Assembly (NCBI GenBank): GCA_010405405.1
Contig: MU004235.1
Location: forward strand, 1,192,538-1,256,537
Direction: 5' to 3'
From: Microthyrium microscopicum
Taxonomy: Eukaryota
Length of the DNA: 64,000 nucleotides
The number at the start of each line of letters is the position of its first letter. Position 1 is the stretch's first letter. The translations under genes were made by a program, and so were the position numbers. Positions 52,448-62,211 of the stretch are shown piece after piece. The notes beneath the pieces are model-generated. The model ran no database searches, was not told where the DNA came from, and worked only from the letters and a program-made list of their open reading frames with translations.

Positions 52448-52904
52448 TGTTATGAGTTTCAGTAGAAGAAATTGTGTCTTGTAGTTATTTGAAGTATTCT
52501 TTAGATGTAGGAGTACAAAGAAGAAGAAGAAGTGGAGAAGTTGATGGATCGAGAGATTAAATAGACCACAAACGCAGGCTCCTACTGTCGAGCCTAAAAT
52601 TGCTCTATCGTGAGAGGTTACTGCTTCGCTTGATTACTGAAGCTTCAGCCTTCAAGGCTTCAGAGCTTCAAAGCGCTCAGCCAGTCCGGTCCTCCCTTGC
52701 TACATGTAGACGCATCTCACGATTATTACCATCTTACCTACTCCATCAGTGAATTGCTGACTGCCATGTTGTAATGGGCACATCCCGAAGGAATAAAGAC
52801 GCCTAACTATGTGGTTGATATCCGATAGCATTCTGGGCAGCCGGCGCCAACAACGTCCGAGCCCTTCCGGATTGCGTAGTTTTGGTTTTGTGAGTGCTAT
52901 GACT

Positions 52905-53250
52905 GTTGGCGCAAAGAACACTGTTTCATCGTCGGAATGGGCGATGAGGAGGATGATGCGCTTATTGCGGAGGATAGGAGGTACGGTGGATGTTTCATGG
53001 GCGCAAAGAACATTGCTTCATTGGCGGGACGGGCGATGAGTAGCACGATGCGCTTCTTTCGGAGGGCGGGACATGTAATGGATGTTTTCATAACGCAAAG
53101 AGCATTGCTTCATTGGCGGGACGGGCGATGAGGAGCACGATGCGCTTGTTTCGGAGGGTGGGACATCTGATGGATGTTTCCATAACGCGAAGAGCATTGC
53201 GTTGTTGGCGGGATAGGCGATGAGGAGCACGATGCGCTTGTTTCGGAGGG
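52905..53250. repeat. Tandem array, 92-bp unit, ~4 copies
   Basis: Anchor (g/a)ggcgatgag at 52939, 53031, 53123, 53215. Confidence 0.92.
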
Positions 53251-53639
53251 TAGGAGACGCCCCATGATTCTTCCCAAAGCCGTGCAGAGTCTGTGTTTTT
53301 GTAACGATATACTGTTGTAGTTGTTGGCTCGCCGGATACACTTGCGGTGGTTATTGCGGGCTGGTTGGTGGTTCCTATCGGCCGAGGAAAAGATGGTATA
53401 GAGGGTAGTGGTACTCGGATCAGATAGATGTTTCAAGGGCGCGAAGAGAACAGTAGAAGTACTGGCAAGGGTATAGAATTCGAATATCAGCGCAAGAAAT
53501 AAGAGAGGCAGTTTATAAGATAGAGGACAGGAGATGTGGGGGCAAAGACTGGTAAGGATTAGAAGTTGATGCGGTATTAAAAATTAATGGGTTGGGAACT
53601 AGATAAGATATGGACTATATGATCAGAACTAAGGTAAAT

Positions 53640-53692
53640 GATTGGCTCAGAAGTAATAACATCATCTAAGATCTTGAAAGATTGTTACATAA
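53640..53692 (-). promoter_or_regulatory. Phased array + CCAAT cassette (copy 5)
   Basis: Minus strand: atgtaacaat ctttcaagat cttagatgat gttattactt ctgagCCAATca. Confidence 0.6.
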
Positions 53693-54344
53693 CTCCGTTC
53701 ATCTAACCAGATTCAGTAAGATCAATATTAGCGTATGGATCTCTTACTACAACCTTCTGAATTCAAGTAACCGCTACTCCTTAATTCTCACACCAGCATT
53801 TATACAATATAAAATGTCTATACTTGTTTCACACACTATGTCCCTATTAGCCATCACACTACAACAGACAAGCCTACCAGACGGAACCACCATCTCATAG
53901 AAACACCTTCAATCACAAATAACTCCTCATCTGATTCACTATCAGTATAATCACGACGTAGAATATCCTTGCTATAAAAGGACTGGATCGCTCTGCTAAC
54001 TCCTTTTACAGATCAATCAAATAGAAACGAACCGTCTCCTCTCTCCAGCCTACTATACATCCCTCCGACCTACCACATATCCAATCTAGGAATACCTTGC
54101 ACCCTAAAACAAGAGCTTTATCATCTAGACAATCGGTATCACTACGTTACACGCAAGAAGCCTATCACGGCATCGATTTGCATATCTCTATCAGCAAAAC
54201 AACGAATCCATAATAGGTGCCGCCCTCAACCACCAGCCGGCCACCAGCCGTACATGAGATCAACCATCAAGTCGACTATCATCTCTTACATCAATGCCAA
54301 CCGCGTTCAATCACCAGCCGGCTCATTGCCCCTTCCGGACCGCT

Positions 54345-54590
54345 TGCCAAATATTCCGTCAATTTCCAGAAGTTGGTAACGATTACACAAAATACATATC
54401 TGGCAGTACTTCCATGCAAAGTCCCTTCACTAAATATCTTGTCAATGTCTCGATGCTAGCGGTGATTTTACAAAATACGCCACTGGCAATGTGCCCATCA
54501 AAAGCCCAATCGTCAAATTCTTCATCAGTCACTGAATATTAGAGGCGACAACGCGAAATACAAAAGCGGCAACACCTCCCATTGGAAGCC
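54345..54590. repeat. Highly diverged tandem array, ~84-bp unit, ~3 copies
   Basis: Recurrent aaat..tca..aaatac..ggca..cca skeleton at ~84-bp spacing. Confidence 0.45.
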
Positions 54591-55329
54591 ATGGTTTGCA
54601 CACTATGTCAACCTTTGAATATTAAGGACAATGACACAGAATCTACACCTGGCATTACTTGCTATCCGGAACCGCTGCCATGGAGGGTGTCTCATCCAAC
54701 CAATATTGGCGGTAATTGTACAGAATCTCTTTTCAAGTGGCACTTCTCAGCAAAAGAGCCATATCAGTTGAAATTACTTTTAGTAATTGTTCGCAATAAC
54801 TGGACAGCAGAATCAAAGAGTATAATTTGTAAGGCCCGTTCTCCACTCCAGTTAATGCATTGTTTATCTCCATCAAGTCAATAATATCTCTTGTAGTTTG
54901 GTAGCCGTGGATTACAGAAATCTTAGCTTTCTTCAGACGAAGACATCCCATGGCATGTTCTTACGTACAAACTATACATGGTCTTGTTACCATCTGCTTC
55001 ATATTATCATGTAAGATGTAGCGCTTCGTCAAAGTCCAAAACTACATAATCACATTGGACGATAATACGGAGATTTGATATATTCGACGATGTCACGATC
55101 ATAAAGAACAATGTTAGAAAGATTCAAGTTCATAAGCCAGTGTTATCTTCCTTGGCTACAACCGACAAGTAAGCAAAGCCTTCAAAGTACTACTATACAG
55201 GATCTCGTTGGTTATCACCTCCCACTCGCATTACCCTCAGCGACCAAACTGAAGCTGAATCCAGAGCCACCAGACATTAACGGCAGCCAGAGCTAGCGGA
55301 TATCATCCGACTGTAATCACGTCCAACAA

Positions 55330-56420
55330 TCACGACCATGTGCTTCCTCGTGGGTTGAGTACAGCTGGAAGATCGGCCATATCAAGGAAAGGAGCGTGAA
55401 ATGTTGGCGGCGGGAGGCTAGTATCGATCATTGGAACTGATCCAGGTGGCGCGGTACCGTAAACCCATTCTCCGTCTCCTGAGGCGGGCAGATGAGGAAC
55501 GACGTCTTCGAAACTGCAGTGTACGCCATCCCACATACAGCACGCACATTGACCATTTCGATGTCCAGGGAGATTAACGCACCCCATCATCGCTGGCCAG
55601 TCGATTTGGGACCGAGAATGAGGAACTGCCGCCGGGCAATGGGACAGGCATCGGGTGCATTTTCGATCAGCTGTGTGGTATTTCCCGCGACTGTATAAGA
55701 CCATGGCTTCGATAAAGACACCAGCGATCTCAGCACCAGACTGCTGAAAGATTTGAGAGAACAAGTCTGCCATTGGGTGCGGGATGCCGGACTTTCTAAT
55801 CGCACATACACGAAACGGGTTACCGCTTCCTGCGAGAAAACCATTTGGACGGGGAGGAACCGCCCAGAGTCGCCATAAGCCTGGGTCCTGACTAAAGGTT
55901 AGTGAAATGATTCGCAATTGGAAGAATATATACTTACGTTCACGATCTGGACTAAGACCTGGAAGATATAACAGGTCAAAGGGTGGTGGAAATCGATTTG
56001 AGCATACTGGCTATTGTTTGGTCCCCAGCGAACTAACTGTCCACCCGGATTTCGCACCGTCACCTGTCGCCAAGTAGGGAGTGAGCTGTTATCCTTCAAT
56101 CCGAGCGCAACACAAATGGCCGTCATGGTAGAGAGCTGAAAGGGCAGGCCAATCCGACCGAAAGGACGTCGCGCGTTGACGTCGGCTTGATGTCGCACAC
56201 GCGCAAGTGTCTCCTGATGCTTTCTCTCCTGGCCCAATACGAAGACAGCATAATGGTATGACATGAGTGCCACAGGAATGAAACTACGCCAATCGAAATT
56301 GGCTTTGGTCTGAGACTCAGACCATACTGCGCGGGGGGAGAAGTTCTGCTCATAGAACTGCCAAATGCTCCAAACGATGAGGGGCGCGTGGAAGTGAACC
56401 CAGAAGCGGAGGCCAGGCAT
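55330..56420 (-). CDS. ~346-aa two-exon protein with C-terminal DUF3716-like Cys cluster
   Basis: Exon 56420-55938, intron GTAAGT..ACTAAC..CAG, exon 55887-55330; SRG..RKCTRC...GCVNLPGHRNGQCACCMWDGVHCSF. Confidence 0.7.
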
Positions 56421-57949
56421 GGTGCTGACAATGGACGTGGTTTGAATTATGGGTTGGTTATTGGGGGTGTAGTGCTCGAAGTTGTTGTTATGGTTTGGAG
56501 TTGTGTTGGGATTTAAAGGTCGAGAGGTTCTTAGTGGGTCCCACGCCGTCGCCTAGGCAGCGTGATTGGACAACAACCACGAACCGATGATGTCAATAGC
56601 TTCCCTTCCAAAATTATGAAGACTGAAGACTGATTCATTGGGCAGTTTGGGTAGCTGGAAAAGCACGAATACGCGCGAGTGTACATCCATGGAGCTGAAT
56701 GGAAGTGTAAGTCGTTGGAACGTGATTGCAGGATGGAACTTACAGCTTTCTCGTTACCAAGCTGACAGACAGCTGAAGACTGAAATAGAATTGCCTCTCC
56801 CAGCGCGAGTAGTAGGAGGAAGCGCCAGGCAACAGCAAATTATGAAAGACAAGAGATCCTCACTTCAAAGGTTGGCGGACGAGAGTCTGCGTTGATAGCA
56901 CTGGGTGAATGAGGTCAGTTCTTGAATAGACACGGCACAGTAGAACTTACAGTCTTTCGATATGAGGCTGAACACGAGACACCATCGCAGCATATAGTAG
57001 GCAGCGCAAGTAATCAAAGCAAATGAAGATGAAGAAGTCCTCACTCTCAAAGGGAGTGAGGAACTCTAATGGAGAGTCAAAGAGTGGTGTGAAGAAGTGA
57101 TGGAGGTGTAGACAAGTGGAAGGGTTTTATAGACAACAACCTGATCAAACGGCTGCCTGCTCAGCAAGGGATGAGTAAGAGCGATCAGCGCGGCTGCGGA
57201 TTACAATGTGACCCAAGCTGAAGTGGTGAATAACTGTATGACCATCGTTGTGTGACGTGATAGCCTTTACCAGCGTGATGTTCTGAAGAAACCTTACGAT
57301 TGATGCACCATAAACGGCAACGATGTCTACGAAAATAGTCATCTTTCCGTAGCAATAGCAGTAAGTGCAGGCATCAGTGACATTGAAAGAGTACATGGAA
57401 GCTAGGAACTCGCAGTGTTGATAGAAGGACGCAGACCAGAACGGCCAAGAGCAACGACAGTTGGTAATTACGGCCAGAGCATTGATATCAGCTATTACAG
57501 CGACTGAATATATAGAAAAAGGCAAGGAAATTATAGTTCTAATAGACAGTGATCTCTACAAGAAGAAGTTGCCTTCTGCCAACATAAAGTAAGGTATGGC
57601 GAGAGCAAGGGTTTCAGGGAAGGCAAGATGATGAACACAAGTATCCAACACAAGTAACAACTTGACGGGTATCAAGGAACTTACTTATCTGATTCCATAA
57701 TTTGATATTGACACACAGCGAGTGCGCAGAGCCCGTCCAGTAGTCTCCCAGTCGACGGTAACAAGCAGCCAGTAACGGATAGACCAAATCAGTGTTGGAA
57801 GTGCTGTCTCTACGACAGAAAGACTTGGCCAAAGTCTAGCAAATAAGAATGGCGGTATTAGCATCACGGGGGATGCGTAGCAGATATAACAGTAGCTCTT
57901 CCAAAGCTGAACTATTGAGAGTGGGGGCTGCATAATCGAAGCCAAGGAT

Positions 57950-57995
57950 GCTAGGTTGATTTTCTTAGGACATGTTGGAAGATGTTAACCAATAG
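57950..57995 (+). promoter_or_regulatory. Phased array + CCAAT cassette (copy 6)
   Basis: tttcttagga catgttggaa gatgttaaCCAATag. Confidence 0.6.
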
Positions 57996-58575
57996 AAAAG
58001 CGTGTATCTAATTAATCAGCATTCATAGCCCCTTTCCCTAACTTCATCTCATCAAATTCATATTAACTTCATTGAATCTTCATGTTAGCACTTTAATCGC
58101 ATCATATCCCTCAACTTCGAGTATACAATGACTTTCCCGACTACAACGAAGTACGGCTGCTTTGCCTCCCGAATCGATCCATACACAGTGTTGAATGCCA
58201 ACGGTCACAGTCAAACGATCACGATGAGAACAAGAACCAAGTTCATACAATTACAACAGTTTCATTTGTTACAATTATGTGGGATGCGGAGTCTTGCGAT
58301 TGGGGCCGCCCTGAAACCTACGGCCGTTTGGAAGAAGCCGGACTAAGCTCGTAGGGCCAGGTTGAACCTTACCTCGCGAAGACGAAGCGCATCGAGACGT
58401 GTCTTGCGATATCAAGCCGCACTGGACATCCGCGGTCGTTCGGTAGAGTCCTATAAACCCGCGGAGCCAGATTGAACCATCAATCGCGAAGAACAAAATG
58501 CGCTCAGGTAGTTACCGTCATCACGCATAAAGTGCGTCGAAACGCCACCCTCCACCACACCACACCCATCACCAC

Positions 58576-60084
58576 TTAAGTCGACGCACTGGCCGAACCT
58601 CCACCAACGGGCAAAATCGCCACGAACTCCCCACGTTCCTTCGGCAATCTTCCCAACGCCCCCTTCTTCCCAGTCGGTGTATTCACAGGTCCGACTATAC
58701 TGCAACCACCCTTTAGCGGCCCTGCCGCACGGCACCGCGAACACCGGAACCCAGGTTTTTTGAGAACATTTCTCGCCTCCGAAATGTATGCTCGGCACAC
58801 ATAACCCCTAAGCTGGCAACGCTTACAAGCGTCATCACCAGTCAGAGTCTCACCAGCATCCGTCTCTTCTATACGACCGATATGAGTCGCCTTACGCTTC
58901 TGGTCGGGCGACATGGCCTCCCACTGGTCAACGGTCACTGACCAGAAATAATCTGGTACGAGAGGGCGACTCAAAACATCGCTGCTCTCGTGAAAATGCC
59001 AAGGGATTTTCTTGACCAAACCGCAGGCCTTGGCAACGGCCATGGCCTTTGAGTTAAAAGACCCAACCGGGCCTAAAGAGGAGGCCTCTGCGATAGCGGC
59101 TGCTGCGCGAGCTGCAAGTGAGGCTTTTGCAGCTTCAACTTCCTCGTCGAAGTCTGCATAGGTGGTGCTATCGTGAGCACCGGCGGGAGAAATTGGGGCG
59201 GCAGGAGATGGTAGGTCGAGAGGAGACGGTGTGGCAGCACGCGCGGCAAAGAAGTTCGCAGCGCGAGAAAAAACTCCGCCAAAATACGGCACGCCGGCCA
59301 ACCAAGGAGAAGGGGGAGAGGGAGGAGGAGAGCCCCAAGGCGTCCCAGTGGAAGGAGCAGCAGAGCTCTCTCGAGAGCGGAGAGGAGAAGGAGACCGAGA
59401 AGGCACAAACAAATCGCGACCATCATCTTCGTCGTGATTGTCGTCGTAGACCAGCGTATCATCCCCATCCCCATCCCACATATACGAATCCTCCTTTTCT
59501 GCAGCAGGAGGAGCCTTTTTAAAGGCGAGCGAATCCTCCTCTTGCAAGGCAGGCAAATCGCTATCAAAATCGGCGGACAACGCCAAGGACTCTCGCCCAG
59601 AAGAACGCGAGAAAGCGGGCGAAGCAAGGTATCCGCGCTCATCCGAGAGCTCGGGCTCAGACGACGACGGTTGTTGAATTGCGCCTAGAGGCGCAACCGC
59701 GCGAGAAGACCGCTGTGGTGGTGGTGGCGGTGGTGGAGGAGAGGAGGGAGGAGTAGGTGGATTTGAGGGTGGCGAGCCCCAGACTACCGCCCATTCTTCT
59801 CGATCATCATCACTATGATATTGTCAACATCATTATTTGCGATTCAAAAGCAAAGGAACATACTCATCAGCGTCGGGAAGAACGTCCAGGAGGTCTACGC
59901 GCTTATCGTAGCGCGAACGTGTCTCTCGTCGACGGACCGTTCTAGATTCCCTGACGACCGCCGCGTAGGCTTTCAGGCCATATATCTTTTTTTTACCCTC
60001 AAAATTATGTTCGAACGGGTTGGTGCGAATATACGGCGCATCACGGCGCACTAAATGTGCTGGAGGCTGGTGATATCGAGGCAT
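58576..60084 (-). CDS. ~485-aa two-exon Pro/Ser/acidic protein with C-terminal CxxC-x6-C...CxxC...C zinc-cluster-like motif
   Basis: Exon 60084-59864 splices (GTATGT..TTGAC..TAG, 59863-59813) in frame into the 336-aa ORF; ACKRCQLRGYVC...FRCSRC...GGCS. Confidence 0.7.
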
Positions 60085-60300
60085 CTTCAAAAGTCCAATG
60101 GAAAGCTGACGTTTGTAAAGGGTGTATGAAGCTGATGTGTGTGTCGTTGAAGAGCTTCAAAATGTGGGGCAAGGGGAGGTTTTATCATGGCAACACTCCT
60201 ATCCAACCCGCACTCTTACGGAAACGAAGCCCAGTCAGTTTGGGCTATTGTTCCCTATTGAAGCCATCCCCAAGGACAACATCTTATTGTTCTTTCCTGA

Positions 60301-60352
60301 AGTGTGAAGTTCTGGCAAATTGTGCAAAGTTCTGCAAAGATGTTAGCCAATC
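60301..60352 (+). promoter_or_regulatory. Phased array + CCAAT cassette (copy 7)
   Basis: gttctggcaa attgtgcaaa gttctgcaaa gatgttagCCAATca. Confidence 0.65.
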
Positions 60353-62040
60353 ATATGCCAGAATGTCTTCGTGGGAGCCCATTTACTGTGGGAGCGTCAA
60401 TGACGCAAGATAGCGGATATCATGAGGCGGCCCAATTGCGACGGCCTCATAATGGGACAGATCTCTTGAAGACACGGGAGGTCCACGGGTCTGTTCTTCA
60501 AGTGCTGGAGGCGTTATGAAAATCTGGAGTGCTCGCCGTTAATCTTGGAATCAGATATTGTGGAACGAGATCAACTCACCGAAAGCCACGACGATGCCGC
60601 CACCACAAGGTGTAGGACAAATGGCTACTGCGCAGTCTACTTCCAGGCCTTGGAATGGGAGAAGTCTGACCCAGTCCGATGGCACGCGACATGAATTTCG
60701 GAAGATGGTCTCCACTATACAAACTGAAGTCATCCAGATTTGGCAACCAAAATCTCGCGCCGTAAGACTAGGATTGAACCCACGAGATTGGCGACCATGT
60801 CGTCGCCCGTCTGCAAGCAAGTCAGCGGGATTCACGTAGTGTTGTCTGTTGAATGTCGACCACTTACTGGCTACTCATGAGCCCATGAAGATAAGCCATA
60901 ACAGGCTCAGAATGGGCAGTGTTCAAGATGACAGTCCGCTCGGGGCTCGTCAGGCGAATACAGATCAACCTAAGGAACTCTCTCAGCATGAGGCTTGACA
61001 AATAAGTTAGGGATATCAGACCGAATACGCACAAATGAGGACCTGATTTCCCGGGCTGCTGAGCTGCTGAGAAGTAGTGAATGCGATTTTGAATCCAGCG
61101 CCGTGAACTCAGAGGCAGTGACCGGAGATTTGATGTCAGCACCACGAAGATGATGATCAGGCCTAGAGAAGTGTGAGAATCAGTCTAAGAGTTGAACTTG
61201 GAAACAGACCTGAATAGCCTTGTACGCGCGCTGACTAGAGGTTGCTGAGCGAGTGAAGGAACTCAAAACTACGCATAGAAAGGCGTGTAAGCAATGTGGC
61301 ATACAACGTCAACATCAACGTCAAACTTACTGAATATCTCTACAAGGCAAAGCTTTGTGAAGCTCGGATGTGGAGTGAAGGTATGATGAAGAGATGTGGA
61401 GGATCTGGAGCGGCAGATGTGGTTAAATACCCATCAGGCTCCAGTCTCAACCGGTTCGAGCAGGCACTATGGTAGGCTGCATTCACTTCTCACCTTTCAG
61501 CTCACCGACTCCCTTTCTGCAGGCACTGATGTTGACGATGTCGCTGCGTGGTGGTTAGTTCCTCCCGCGTGCCGTAAGGATCAAGTTGAGCCGGTGGTGA
61601 CTGCGCTTAGCCTGCTATCTCAAGCCGTTACCTTGTATGGAAATCCAATCTTTACCCGGACGCAGCGAGATACAACACCAAAAGCAACATACCATAATAG
61701 ACAGGAGGCCACCGATATTACGGCAAGACCTTTCGAGGGAGAAGTGAACGTATCTTCTCACGCGCTTTAAACGCTGTGGGGTGATGGCGTTACACCAAGG
61801 GACGGCCATGCTGGCGGACAGTGCATCAACCAAAAGCTTTGACGAGAGAAGCACACAACATAACTCATTGTACAATTGTGCTTTTGCTGAAAATGCGGCA
61901 AGGGTCGTTGGCATGCATGGCTTCCATTGACGGCACAATGATAGAATATGGTCCTGTTGTCAGTAAGCCTATGGCTGCATGCTACCCTGTCTAACTCTGC
62001 TGGAAACAATACACCTGGGTAGCGGAAGTTCAGTGTTGTT

Positions 62041-62110
62041 ATGATATATTTGAATTTGTGGGATTATCTGATTTGATCTTAAATGATCTTGGTTGATGTT
62101 AACCAATCAG
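62041..62110 (+). promoter_or_regulatory. Phased array + CCAAT cassette (copy 8)
   Basis: atgatatatt tgaatttgtg ggattatctg atttgatctt aaatgatctt ggttgatgtt aaCCAATcag. Confidence 0.65.
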
Positions 62111-62211
62111 AGGGCAGCATTTTACCAATATCAGATACAGAGTAGGCAGCCCGCCAGGAGCACGGAACTCTGCGTACCAGTATCAAAAGACACACCAAGC
62201 CAAAGCAACGA

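Noticed and set aside
60400..62010. Additional cargo genes
   Set aside because: Only short or stop-interrupted frames; no consistent gene model could be built.
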